Below are positions 38,130 to 50,891 of a stretch of DNA of 64,000 nt, in pieces. Numbering within the stretch: the first letter of the stretch is position 1; each line of letters begins with the position of its first letter. The position numbers were made by a program, and so were the translations under genes. The DNA comes from Phyllosticta citribraziliensis (lineage: Eukaryota): assembly GCF_038025025.1 (NCBI RefSeq), contig NW_027117343.1, positions 1,736,001 to 1,800,000 on the forward strand, read 5' to 3'. Below the pieces are notes generated by a model. The model made no database searches. It saw only the letters and a list, made by a program, of their open reading frames with translations, and was not told where the DNA came from.

Positions 38130-38961
38130 TCTCACTGTCAATTCATTCCCCCTTCCACTGCCTCGTGCAGTTGTGATTGTAGATTCAATATCTAGCCGCG
38201 TAGTATTCTTCCGTCGACACCGGTATCGATGTGAATTTACCTGCTTACTATGCCGTGTAAATGAGGTTCCTCGACAACGGCAGACCGCGGGCTTGACAAC
38301 AACTGCATATTTGAATCTCGAAACTGAGATCATGCTGAAGATGGTACGAAATTCGCACGTCTTTTGATGGCATGCTCGGGGCACTTTCTGCGTATGGAAG
38401 CTTCATATGGTAGATAGTATGTTCTAGCGCTGAAGATTCAAGCTGCAGGTAATTCAAGACTCCGTAAAGCGTGCGTGCAGGATGAAACGATGGAAATGGG
38501 CGGTACACGTACGCCAACAAGTTCAAAAGCCACAGACGCACGTTCCAAATCAGACAGCGCTGCCACACAAAACGAAGAAGAGCGATGTGCCGTGGCCGAT
38601 GAGCGAAAGACATTCAACACCGAGCAAAGAAGCCAAGTCAATATTCGAACGCCAGATCAAGAGAACAAAACGCCATTCTATTGATTGTGCCCACCGCCAC
38701 CCGGAAGCAGCTAGAGCGAAAAAGTAGCAGAGGCCGTGAAGCGTCATGGGAAGCGAGCCGAAAGACAAAGGGGATGGGTGCATGTGGTAATGATGCGCCA
38801 GAACTCCTGAGCGCCGAACGTGTTAGGGGATTTGTGATTTGAGGGGCAATGAAAAGAGGGAGCAAACACGAAGCAGGCGACGGCGGGTCCAGGGAGATTC
38901 AAAGGGACGGCTCATGTGCTGGACGAGCTTGCCCACCAGCCCAGTGCCTTCTGCCATTTCC

Positions 38962-41075
38962 TTATCCCAGTGTCACGCTGCCCTGATGAGTGGGACAACT
39001 GCCATCACCTTTGGTATCCCACCACGAGCGTATGCAAGCCTGGAAAACGTCGTCAGCCGAGGACCTCTGGAGAACGGGTGCTGGGGCAGACTTACCCGAT
39101 GGAATTTGCAAAAGCACTCCAGCCGCCCCATCTCATCACCCTCTTGAAACTCCTCAAAGCATATAATGCACTCCTGCGGCTCGCCCTTTTCGTCGACGCA
39201 GTCCTTCTCTGTCGCGCGATAACGCAGCATGCCGTGGGTGGCTCTGCGCCGTCCGCGTGATCCCTCGGCAATTACGGGTGGAGTTCCTGCTGGCGAAGGA
39301 CGTGCCGAGATAGCCAAAGGAGTTCCACCGCCACTTCCGGGAGTTCCTTGAGAAGGACCAGAGCGGCCAGCAAAGTTGGCTGCAATGCAATCTTCGACAT
39401 GGGCCTCGCGCTGGGTAGTGTTGCCGTCAAGGCCCTTGGGCGGAAGCTCCTCGTGACAGATGGGGCACTCGTCTTCCTCTGGTACTAGCCGGCGGCTTGG
39501 GGCTGGCAACGGCGGTTGAGAGGATGTGGGAGCCGCGAAGGGGCGGTAGCGAGACTGGTGTGCGGTTGAACCAGCGCTTTGAGTGCGGCTGTTGCGCATG
39601 TGCTGGGAAAGAAAGGGCAATGAGCCTGGATGGTGAGGGTAAGAGTACGGCGAACGGCCAGAGTCATGACTGCCAACGGAGCTGGGCAGTGTCGAAGAGA
39701 ATGGTTGCTGAAGATGTCCGAACCCAACACCTCGAGCGCGAGATGAGCCGTCGTCGCTACGGCTGCCGATTGCTCCATGACGCGAACTGACATCGCTCAG
39801 AGAGGGCCTGTGACCTGACATGGTTGGGGCCAAACGTGAGAAGGCTTGGCTGTCAAAGGTAAAGTTCCTGGATCGTCCACCGGGTGAGAGTGGAGTGTAT
39901 GGCTGAGCAGAGGGATCGTTGAAGCCGGCGGAGAAGAAATCGGGAAAGCGGGATTGTAGGTCTTGCTGGAGCGGTGGGTTAAAATTGGGATCAGGAACAC
40001 ACTACTAATTGTCAGAATCTTCGAACTTGGCTGTCTTTGATGCAGAGCGTGATTACCGGGTTGCAAACGCGCACCTCCTCTCCTCCTCCAAGAGCGGGAT
40101 TGTAGGTTAGCGGGGCTGACGGTCGATCAGTGTCGCTGTCTCCAGTGAGGTCGACCGTGTTCCCACCCTGCGGTATTCTTGTCATTTCATCCGGTGCTCG
40201 CACAATGTACTGACGAGGTATCGTGATGCGATGGGGTGAGCAATTGTTGCAAACGACGCGGCCGCATTTCCTGTATCGGCCAATGGTAAGCGATGCTGTT
40301 GGGAAACATTGCACAAGGCGGGCCGCTGCAGAAAACGCCTGTGCAGAAGATCATGTTTGGGAAAGATTGGAAAATTGCAGACTGAATGACTACAAGAAGA
40401 ACGTCGCTCGGGGACGACGGTTTTCACGTACCTGCAGTGATGCTTTCTATACCAAAAGCTAAACTGCGTTCCGCATACCGGGCAATTGGAAACATCGTTA
40501 TCAGGCTGCCATGTGGGAATAAAAATATCACTTTCTCTCCGCCCCTGCCCGTCATGAGACTGTGACGGCGCAAAAGGCGGAGCTGGTCGTTCCGGACTAC
40601 TGCTCGTAAGATCTATGGCGTTGGATGCCGATGCCCCAGGAGTGGCACGCTCCGTCCCTTCTTCTTGGCTCGAAGAGGATCGATATCCACCGCGTCTACC
40701 TGATGGTTCTGGCACAGTCAAGCGTCTCTTTCTGTCCGCTAGCCTGGCCGTGTCCGCTGTGCTTCCTTCCAGAGCGCCGCTCCATTGCAGCTCTGATTCC
40801 GGATTTCCGGACCCATTTCGCGGAAGGTGAAATTCGCCGTGCTGTGATGTGTTGCCATTATCTGCCCTCAGAAAGTCCATCCATGTTTCCCCGCCACGAG
40901 AGGCATTTGACGGTGCACTGCGGTATCTTGGTGTTTCAGTCTCGCCGTGCGAGACGTGTGTCTGGGAGGCGGAGTCTGAGGAGCCAGGCCCGGTCGCGTC
41001 GAAATCATTCGCAAAGCTGTGGTCATCGGAGTCGATTGCTTGGAAAGCTGACTCTAGAGCCGGCGTGTTGTCCAT
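38962..41075 (-). CDS. PIB1: FYVE + RING-H2 E3 ubiquitin ligase (Pib1-like), multi-exon; start may lie further upstream
   Basis: FYVE WQPDNDVSNCPVC..FSFWYRKHHCR|KCGRVVCNNCS. Middle ECPICHEELP..EAHVEDC. RING ECIICFEEFQEGDEMGRLECFCKFHR|ACIRSWWDTKGDGSCPTH. Confidence 0.85.
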
Positions 41076-41873
41076 ATGCCCGGCGGCGTCTTGAGCGGCT
41101 GTGGAGCCAGAGGCGGGCGAACGGATCCAGGACCGCAAGAAAGAGCGTGTGTCGGGAAGGCTTTATGGCGAGATGGAAACTATCTTTCCATCAAAGACGC
41201 TGTAGACGTTACGGCACATGCGCAAGGTCAGACTCGATGATCAGGGCGAGACGCAGGCGGAGACGCGGATGTGGGAGCGCACGGGTGGCGATGGTGATCA
41301 GGAGGATGCGGCAGTCGTAGGCGAAGATGGGCCGGACACAATGGAGCGAAAGATTGGGGGCTGGTAATGGAGTCGAGCGAAGTGGGATCCAGCGGTCAGA
41401 GGTAGGCAAGGGAATGGGTCTCGTGGGGTGGTGAGGTGAGCGGAGTGGGTGGTTGTACTGTACCTCTGTACCAGCAATGACGACGGCCCGCCCTTGGCCC
41501 GGAGTCTGCCTGATAAGCCTGCCTTATCGCCGCCGTGCTACACTCCGGGACATCAGACGCCATGGGCCATGGATAATCCACCGCAGGCACCGCATCATGC
41601 GTTGCCCCTGCAGCACTGTGGGCTCTTGGCATTGATGTGGGAGTCGTCCACAGTGCTCAATGTATCGAGTACTGGAAGTGTGTATTTGTCTCTTATATCC
41701 AATCCCAAGTTGCCAAGTCTAAAACTACAAGTCAATCGGCCAAGCAGACCCTCTATAACGCCTGCTGAATCCAACAACGGCTGTCAAGTGAAACCAGACC
41801 AGACGCCTTGTCCACAAACATGAGCCTTGACAATTTTTACTCACAAACAGTCCAAACAACAAGAACGGGACCT

Positions 41874-44139
41874 CTACCCACCAAAGCTCTGCCCTGTCCC
41901 GTACCCATCACGGCTCATGCCCAAATTGGAGCTATGACGGCGGAACCCAGTCCCCATGCCAATCGGCACGCTCGTCTTCCTACGCACACTCCTTCCAACA
42001 CCAGCTCCGACACTGCCTCTCGAATTCTGCGGCCGGTGTCGCGGCAGCGAGGCGGACAGTGGGGAGGTAATGTCTGCGGGAGAGGCAGAGTGAACCGATG
42101 CCGTGTCACTGACAGCGTCGCTGGACACGGTCGTCGTGCGCGAGAGGGGCAGCGCGGAGGGGACGCCGTATATGCCTTCATCTTCATCTCCTTGCTGAGC
42201 ACCAGCCTCGGGGTCCCTGTGAGAAACAGCACCACGACCACGGCGACCTCCATCGTCAGCCTCGTAACCATCCGTGTAATCGTCCTCGTTATCCTCAACG
42301 TCCGAGGGCGAGGGGGACGCCGAAGTCGATTCGTCGTCAGCGCTGAACCCCTTGCCCTCGACGAGGAAGAACGCTGGCACGGCACCGATCAGCGAGATGG
42401 CGGCAAGCACCCAGAACGGCACGATGGCGTAGCCACGCTTGACACCTACCGTGAACAGCGCGCCGCCAATAGCGGGGCCGGCAGCACGACCCACAGCGCT
42501 GACGCTCGTCGCGATGCCGTTCAGCGTGCCGAGGACGCGTAGGGAAGATGCGCTGTTCGTCAGTAGAATGGTGCTGCAGGGAAACGCAAACGTCGTGCAG
42601 GCGCCCTTGACCGTCATGATGGCGAACATGAAGACCTGCTGCGATAGCGGCGTAGGCAGCAGCGCCGTGAAGGGCGTAATGATGTAGAGCAGCGGGTAGG
42701 CGAGGGAGATGATTTGGAAGCATCGCAGCACGCCAAAGCGCCTCGCAATGGGCGGAAAGAGGAAAAGTTGGTAGAATATGCCCAGTGCGCCGTAGAGCGT
42801 AAAGAGGACGCCGATGCGCGACGAGTTGATGCCAAAGCCGTTGGAAAATTTGAGAGGGTTGGATGCGTCGTAAGAGCTGCCCGATCCTGGGTGTGCTGTG
42901 TGGTGCATGAAGACGGGGAGCAGCTGGCTAATGTCAGTACCCAGCTTGCCTGTCTACTGTGCTGCGGAGCTTCGGCTGAAGCTTGGTAGTAGTACCGTCC
43001 TTGTATGCCACGACTTTGGCTTCCAAGTTTGAAGCGGAAAAGATGCTTACCTGGTCATAGCCCAGCGAATGCGTCGCCAGCAACGTGTATATCAAGAGGT
43101 TGACCAGCGACTGGACGGTCAGTACTTCGCGTACAGTCACGGGCTTGGGCTCCTCCTTGATCGGGTTCCCCTCGCCGTAGTCGTGAACCGTCGTCCCCGG
43201 CGACGAGGCGCTGTCCGCTCGCTTGGGAATCAGGGGCTCCGTCTCTTCGCCCCTTGCCTGTCTCCAAGTGTTCTTGATGCGGCGCACATAGTTTTGCGTG
43301 GCGACAGTGAGCTTGTGGCCCAGAATGAGGCCGTAGTCCTTCTGGCCCTTTTTACTCTCCAACGTTTCCTAGCGAGATGTTAGACGGTGTCAACCGAAGA
43401 TGACGTTTGGCGGAAATTACATGGAGGAACAAAATGCCAGTGATGATTCCCACAAGGAACAGGGCGGCTGAGACAATGTTTGGTAGGGCGTACGGGAACT
43501 TCTCGAAAAAGGAATCTCCATGCGGTTTTGAGACATCGACATGCATCGGGTTGGACAAGGCGCCGCCGATTGCTGGTCCGAATACCGAGCCGACGTTGAA
43601 CACCAATGGCATAATGCTGAAAGCGCGCGGCTGCAGCTCCCGCCACGGACACAGCTCCGCGACCATTGTCCTCAAGATGCCGACACTTTTCCAAAGTTAG
43701 CTGAAATAGCGCACGACAAGATAGCGAACTGCTTACTTTCCATTGCCGGCGCCCTGCAGCGCACGCGCAGTCATAGCCATGGGAAGTGACGTGGAGAAGC
43801 CCCACAACAGACTCATAATCATGGTGTTCAAAAGGCCCAGCAAAATGATGAGCTTCCTGCCGTATTTGTCTGATGCGCGTCCCCAGAACACGCTCGTTGC
43901 ACATTGACCAATGCTGAATATTGCCGACGCTGTGCCCGCCCACTTTGCGATTTCGTCCTTGGGAACGCCGAAGCTCTCAATCATTTCTGGAAGGTAAGGA
44001 AAGACCGAAGTCAGCGCAATAGGCTCCGCGAAGCGACATAGTGCTGCCGAGGCTATTAGTCCACTTGCAGAGGTCGAGAAAGGTTCAGGGGCTTACAGAG
44101 AATGACAAACTGCCGCCAGGGCAGTCTCCGTTCGGTCAT
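41874..44139 (-). CDS. Major facilitator superfamily transporter (YCR023C/ZIFL-like), multi-exon
   Basis: LCRFAEPIALTSVFPYLPEMI, motif A WGRASDKYGRK, many TM helices, GTLNGIATS..AVGRAAGPAIGG. Confidence 0.92.
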
Positions 44140-44747
44140 GGCTGGGAGAGGCGTGAATGGGGAATAAGTGCACGAGGAGGAAAGTTGTTGTTTCTATACC
44201 GAAGATAGCTGACTGCGCACGGGCGGGGATGGGCGGCACTCAGCACGTCAGCGGCTAGGGATCCCTAGTATGGCGCTTGACCCGGATGTCGGCACCACTT
44301 TTGCCTCTCCCACTGCCGCTTCGGCTCATTTTTGGCTGCGCCGTTGGCCTGTAGAGATTGCAAGCCGGTCTGCTGTCCTATTCGATCCAACCTGACCGTT
44401 GCACATGGGTGTCAAAGAAATGGTAGCCTCGTCGGGTCTGACGCGGCGTCGAATGGCTGCTGCCAGGGTGAGCGGTAGTGATCAAAGGCCGCAATGCTTC
44501 AGCCGTACAGTCGAACAGCAGCACCCTGTGCTTAGAAGTCGCAGTCATTTGGACATCCGCTGAAGATGCGCTGCTCACGGGATGTACTATCCATTGTCCA
44601 CGTCTTGTCACACTCAATTTTGCTCAATTCGGTCCATTCGACTACTTGTTGTATAAGTGGGGAATCACGCTGAAAAAAAGACTCGAAGAAGATTCGCCGG
44701 CCAGGGCGCTGAGACGAGAGAGAACCACGGCACTAGAAGCAGGCTTC

Positions 44748-45008
44748 TTAACCGGAACTGACTGGAGGTATGAGAGCCACTTCGTCACCTTGGCCGAGGA
44801 CCAGAGCCGCATCGGCTTCCTCCAAGTCGACATAGTCGTAATTCACAGTCACGGCGCAGGTGGTCAAGACCTTGTGCGTGATGCCGGGGTAACGGTCCTC
44901 CAGCAGCGCAAACAGCTCCGAGGCCTTGACGGGGGCGGGAAAGTCATCGTGGTCACGGCCCGTGTAGGTCGAGGCGGCAGCAAAGTAGAGAAGCTTGAAC
45001 GTCGACAT
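44748..45008 (-). CDS. cnxG: Molybdopterin synthase sulfur-carrier subunit (MOCS2A/MoaD)
   Basis: MSTFKLLYFAAASTYTG...GDEVALIPPVSSG*, a ubiquitin-like ThiS/MoaD fold of 86 aa. Confidence 0.92.
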   Translation of the reverse strand: MSTFKLLYFAAASTYTGRDHDDFPAPVKASELFALLEDRYPGITHKVLTTCAVTVNYDYVDLEEADAALVLGQGDEVALIPPVSSG

Positions 45009-45416
45009 GGTCACTAGAGAAGCGCTGGTCAGCGAAATTGTCTTGACGCGATGTGCAGAAAGGCGGAGGGTCAAGACTGGATCAGAAAGTGAAGAAAAGT
45101 CCACAAAGGCAGAGCCTCGGATAATACATGCTATTTTGGTTGAATCTCATCATGCGAGTAGGGGGGGAGATGGAAATGGAAATGGAACGTACCTGCAGCT
45201 GTCCATGGGTGTGTGTGTTGTTGAGGTGGGAGATGAAGAGGCGGAGAAGACGCGGACGACGGTTGGGTTTTGTTCCTCCACCCAGGTCCCGCGGCGTCGT
45301 CGCTTGGAGCTGGAGCTCGGGCCTCCGCCGTGGCGCGTCTCCGGCCTTTGGTCCTCGTCGACCATTTTTTGTCAAGCATCTTGCGCCACGACACTACTTC
45401 CCCAACCCTCTCCGCA

Positions 45417-48400
45417 ATGCCCTCTGCCGCTGTCAGGGCTGCTCGAAAACATCCGCTCGCGCGCCATCATGATCTCCCCTCCGTTTGCTGGTCCTGCTTG
45501 ATCAGCCGAAACGCTCGTCTTGCCAGCACTTCATCCAAGGCCTCGACCAAGCCGCCACCGGAACGCAAATCACCAGACCATCCACGGACTACCATTGCCA
45601 ATTACAACGCCGGTCAAAGAGTCTCGCTTTCGAGCCAAATCAATGGCCACAGAAAGCGCGCGCTCGAACACCAGCGCAGCGCCGACGCGCGCTTCACTCC
45701 CGCAAATAATTCCGGCTCGCGTAGCTTTCACACCACGGCGGCCGCCCGCCAGCAGCAGATTACTAGTGGTGGTAACGATCACATCAAGCTCAGACCCGAT
45801 GGACTCACTTCTCGCGAATTCCTTGCCCAGTGGCAAAAAGAACACGGCGTGCCGAACCAAGACATTTTGGACGAGCTGGGTCTCCAAGCATATCCGGGAG
45901 TCTCGACGGGACCTGGCAATCTGGTCAAGTCGGGGATTCCCGATAAAGACGAACACCAATCAAATGTCAATGATGAAGAGCTAGACCAGCCTCAAGACTT
46001 GGCCCCACCGGACGAGGGCGTGGAGCATGTGCTTGGAGCAATGCACTTTACTCCCGGAGACTTGGTCGAAATTGCGTGAGTATTGCTTCGTGGCACTTCT
46101 TGTCATAGCTCATATACTGACTTGCACAATTAGAGTCGGAGAGCGCGATCCAGTCCTGGGCATCGTCATGCGCGTGTATACCAACAACGCCGCACTCGCA
46201 CAAATTTTCACTGAAGAAGGCAAATGGGGCAACGTGAATCAAGTCAAGATCCAGTTTGCCGTTTCAAACTTCGTGCCCCAGTCTCTAGTCAAGCCTGTGC
46301 TCAAATACCTGCCGGATAAAGTGGTCGACGCGTATGAAGCCGACGTGGAATTCAACCATCCCATCAACATACCCCGCGACGAGTCGACACCTATTCTGGA
46401 CAAGCTCAGAGATTTTTCCTCAGAGGCACATGCCATCTATCGCCAAAATGCTGCGAGATTGGAGAATGCGCATGCGCTGCTATCTCACCCCACCGATTTG
46501 AGATTTGGGTCTCTGCAGAGAATCACCCAGACATTGCTAAAAACCCCCAAACCTTCGCCAGAACATCTCTACGCCGTGCGCAAAGGCATCAACCACCACC
46601 AAATGTCTTTTCTCACAGACAAGAGAAGCCATCGCCTTACTGGAATGTATCAAATCGTTTCCCACGAGTTCAAGGATTCCGTCATGACCGCTCGCGAATG
46701 GATTCGCGAGTGGCAAGAGTACGAAGCAGAAAAGGTCGTCGGCCAATTCGACGAGGCAGAGTTGAAAAGAAAGCTTCCGGGCGCGGTCCATGTCCAAAAA
46801 TACCTCGAAAAGGCCCGCAGGCTCATTACAAAGAGTCGCAAAACCCGCGATCCCCATTTGTTGAGCGCAGGAGGATCACCTGGGCCGAGCAAGATCAAGC
46901 GTGAGATTACACCACAGACGGCCGCCATCAAGGCAGTCGAATCGGAACAGTTCACAAAGGAAGATCGTGTACTCATCCGCTATTTGGAGGCCTACGCTTT
47001 GTCGAACACGCTATCCGGATCAACGCAAATGCTTTCAACGCCGCCAATTCTCCTTGCCGCTTCGGAAATGTACCCTGGGAAGAAGTCCCTCGACTACACG
47101 ACCGCGTTTTGTTTTCTCGTCGAGACCGGCGTCATCCCACCGTTCGAGAACCGATCGAAGTATGACCCACATCTCTTGGTTCCGACAGCTCAGTATTCGA
47201 AGCCGCTGGACGCCATGTATAAGTGGCTGTCGAAACCGAGCCGCCAGAATGCGATTGGAGATGATTCGATGGAAGATCTACGGAAAGACTGGGGAGATAT
47301 GACAGTCTTTTGTGTCGACTCTGCAAGCGCCGAGGAGATTGACGATGGAGTGTCCGTGGAGAGCATTCCGGGTTCCGACGACCACTGGGTGCATGTCCAC
47401 GTGGCGAACCCAACGGCTTTTTTGAAAATCGACTCGGGCATGGCAAAAATGGCGGCTCACATGACCGAATCCATATACTTTCCCGAAAGGACGTTTTCCA
47501 TGCTTCCAAAATGGGCCGTTGATAGCGGCTTCAGTCTTGGTCCCAACACGAATTGTCTGACCATCAGTTCGCGGGTGGGCAAAGACGCCGCCGTCAAGGA
47601 CATCAAGATCCAAAACGGATTCATCCGCAATGTGGTCTCAATCACTCCCGAAACCATGGCTTCCCTGCTGAGCCCGGACGCACTATCTACGAAAATCTTT
47701 GATATCATTGTCGGTGGAAACGTGCCGCCTACCCGTAAAAGAGACATGAAATCCATCAATGATTTGACGCCTCGGCATGTACAGGAGCTCAAGTCGATTC
47801 ACGAGATCGCCCTGGGCCTTCTGAAAAAGCGACAAATGGGTGGCGGTGTCTCTTACAACCAGTCGCGTCCCGAAGTTTCAGTGTTCAACGACTACGAAAG
47901 GCCAGGACTTCCATGGATGCTGCCATCTCGTGATAAGGCGCGTTTTTATGAAGGCGATCCTGTCATCAAAATGACCGTCACACCGAGCGAGTCCATGTTT
48001 GACCACGGAACCGACGCGGGATTTGTGATTCAAGAGCTGATGCTTCTTGCCGGAGAAAGCGCTGCTAAATGGTGCTCAGCGCGCGACGTCCCCATCATCT
48101 ACCGTGGTACACGAGACAATCCGAACAACTTTACTCGAGACCAGCTTTTGGAAAAGTTTGGCTATATGCAGGCTGATCCAAGACCGAACGCGTCCATGGT
48201 ATGGGCAGGCAACTTCATGAAGTCAGCGGGTTACTCGACTGTCGACACCAATATAGTTCCCCACAAGGTCCTGGGTTTGTCAGGCTACACCAAGTGCACG
48301 TCGCCACTTCGCCGCTACGGCGACATGATGGTGCACTGGCAAATCGAGTCGGCGCTGCGACAAGAGGCCGAGGGAGTGGACTTGATGACCAAGAAGGGCA

Positions 48401-48828
48401 AGAAACAGTTTACCTTTACCAAAGCCTACGTGGCCAGTGTCCTGACACGCATGAGCCCCCGCGAGCGCCTCATCACAAAGACGAAGCGTTTGGCCAACAT
48501 GATGTGGGTGGCGAATGTATTCCAGCGCGGCATCCACCACGGCGAGTGGGACTGCCCTCGCATTTTCAAGGGCATCGTCTACAACTTGACCTCTCGAGAC
48601 TCGCCAACCGTCGGTTTAGTCTGGCCTGAATTCTCCCTTGAAGTCCAGATGGACATGCCGACCTTGAATGGGATTGATGATGAGGTCCAGATTGGCGATG
48701 TTTGGGAGGTCGAGCTTCGTGATGTCCACATGTTTTCTCGGCGGGTCGAAACGAGACCTCTCCGCCTGATTGACAGATTAACAATACCCGACGACTTCCC
48801 TGGCGATATCCGGAGGAGGTACAAATAG
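45417..48828 (+). CDS. cyt-4: Mitochondrial RNase II-family exoribonuclease (Dss1/CYT-4), 2 exons
   Basis: Arg-rich mitochondrial presequence. RNB motifs VFCVDSASAEEIDDGVS, HVHVANPT, ESIYFPE, YTKCTSPLRRYGDM. Intron gtgagt..ctgac..tag ~46076-46133. Confidence 0.9.
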
Positions 48829-49142
48829 GAGTGATTCATGGATCAGGAAAATGGAGGTGTTTGAAATGGTGCATTCAGACAGCGATGGAATTTTCCACTC
48901 TTCACAAAAGACACATCAATTTTGTATATTTGGTAGCTTCCATCCTGCGTCGTGGTAAACAAACCGTTTCAAGCGGCGGATTGTTTGGTTTGCAGGTGGT
49001 GTCGTGCATTCAGCCCGCGCGGCGCGAGCCGTAGCCGGCCGAATAATGCAGGAGGTTCGGCTCACGGAAGAGCGCAAAACGCCAAAGAATCTCCGGCGAC
49101 GCGGACCCTCAACTCAACTTCTAACCTTCTGGCCATGCCTCG

Positions 49143-50615
49143 ATGCCAGTTCATGACTTTGCCCTCCGTCTGGGCCGCAGCCTCCTACCTGTCGCCCTGC
49201 TAGCCACTCTCTACCTCTACCTCTACCCTCTCCTCCATGGCTGCGCTTTTCCCACGCCTCCGCATTCACGTCCGGCCCCTTTGCGACTCTTGGCCTTAGG
49301 AGACCCCCAAATCGAAGGCGACACGTCGCTGCCGGATTCCAAGGACGAGCCCTTTGCCAGTCTACGCGACTTTCGAAGCCATGTCGATGATCTCGGTCTT
49401 TTGCCTGCGGCGCGCAAGGCAAGCGTTGCACTCGTAGACGACGACATCCCGCGTCTGTTCAAAGGATACCGCAAACGCCTCGACCTCTTTGGCAACGACT
49501 ACTACCTTGCCCACATATACCGCACTTTGCACTGGTGGACACAGCCGACACATGTCGCGGTCCTCGGTGACTTGCTAGGAAGCCAGTGGATAAGCGACGA
49601 GGAGTTTGAATGGCGCAGCTGGCGGTTCTGGAATCGCGTGTTCCAGCATGGACACCGCGTCGAGGATGCCATAACTGCCGCGCCTCTCGCGCAAGAGCTT
49701 GGAGCCGATCCATCTTGGTCGTGGAGAGTCATCAACGTCGCTGGTAATCACGACATTGGGTACGCTGGAGACATTGACGACAATCGCATCGCCCGGTTTG
49801 AGCGCAACTTTGGGCCCGTCAACTGGCAGACCGTTTTCCGCCTGCCAAAGACGACGCCGACCGAGGAGAGCGCAGATGTGCCCGAACTGCGCGTCGTCGT
49901 TCTAAACAGCATGAATCTCGACGCGCCCGCAAAGGACGGAAATCTGCAAAAGGAGACCTACGACTTTATCAACGACGTCATTTCCCGCTCTTCGCCGGTC
50001 GAGTCGCGCAACCACTTCACGCTTCTCCTCACGCACATTCCCCTGCACAAGCGCGAGGGAGTTTGCGTCGACGGTCCGTTCTTCTCCTACTTTGACAACG
50101 GCGGCGGCGTGAAGGAGCAAAACCATCTGTCCCCGGACGCGTCGCGAGGAGTCCTCGAAGGGCTCTTTGGCCTCAGTGGCAACGAGTTTGCGCCTGCGCG
50201 GGGAATGGGCCGCAACGGCATGATTGTGACGGGCCACGACCACGCGGGCTGCGACGTCTACCACCACCACCTCCGCGGAGACCAATGGGACGCTGTACGA
50301 TGGGACTCGGTTGGCAATCGCACCGCCGATGCTGACTTGCCGGGCATCAGAGAAGTCACACTGCGAAGCATGATGGGCGAGTACGGAGGCTACGCCGGCC
50401 TCATCAGCATCTGGTTCGACCAAGGCCGGGGCGAATGGCAGTACGAGGTCGGAATGTGCAGTCTGGGCGTGCAACACATTTGGTGGGGAGTGCACGTGTT
50501 GGATATCGTCACCGCCTCCCTGTTCGCCGTCGGAATCGCCTTGAGGAAACTGGCCAAGATGAGGAAAGACGCCCCCGTTGAACCGTCGCCACCCAAACAG
50601 TCAAAAAGAGATTAA
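49143..50615 (+). CDS. TED1: Ted1-like metallophosphoesterase (GPI-anchor remodelling)
   Basis: GDPQIEGD, RLDLFGNDYYLAHIY, LGDLLGSQWI, GNHDIGY, LLTHIPLHK, TGHDH, EVTLRSMMGEYGG, with N- and C-terminal TM segments. Confidence 0.88.
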   Translation: MPVHDFALRLGRSLLPVALLATLYLYLYPLLHGCAFPTPPHSRPAPLRLLALGDPQIEGDTSLPDSKDEPFASLRDFRSHVDDLGLLPAARKASVALVDDDIPRLFKGYRKRLDLFGNDYYLAHIYRTLHWWTQPTHVAVLGDLLGSQWISDEEFEWRSWRFWNRVFQHGHRVEDAITAAPLAQELGADPSWSWRVINVAGNHDIGYAGDIDDNRIARFERNFGPVNWQTVFRLPKTTPTEESADVPELRVVVLNSMNLDAPAKDGNLQKETYDFINDVISRSSPVESRNHFTLLLTHIPLHKREGVCVDGPFFSYFDNGGGVKEQNHLSPDASRGVLEGLFGLSGNEFAPARGMGRNGMIVTGHDHAGCDVYHHHLRGDQWDAVRWDSVGNRTADADLPGIREVTLRSMMGEYGGYAGLISIWFDQGRGEWQYEVGMCSLGVQHIWWGVHVLDIVTASLFAVGIALRKLAKMRKDAPVEPSPPKQSKRD

Positions 50616-50891
50616 TCAACGGCATCATTGTAAGGAGTTTTGTCTGCACGTCGGTCGCCATTGGGTTTGAGAGCTACGCCAGCATCGAGTTGTCACCAAC
50701 CAAGGAGTCAAGGTAGTTTATGGGATGGTATTAATGCTAAAAGTGTCGTCCGCCGCGCGCCATTTACCGTATGCATTCCGACTTGTTCTCAACAATCCAG
50801 CGTGAAGGTATCTCCGAATCAACCAAAACATAAAGACAAAATCGCAGCGCCCCGTCAGCCACAGGTCTCTCTACCACATTCTGCTCTCTGA

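Noticed and set aside
36900..38900. Several 60-200 aa ORFs between the orphan gene and PIB1
   Set aside because: No motifs, mostly non-ATG starts, UTR/promoter-like composition. No tRNA or ncRNA structure recognised.
44748..44765. MOCS2A ends in SSG rather than the canonical GG
   Set aside because: As I recall, filamentous-ascomycete CnxG proteins normally end PPVSSG. The terminal Gly is kept, so this is not an anomaly.
23182..45008. xanA and cnxG as a purine/Moco gene cluster
   Set aside because: They are 20 kb apart with unrelated genes between them, and XanA does not use Moco.
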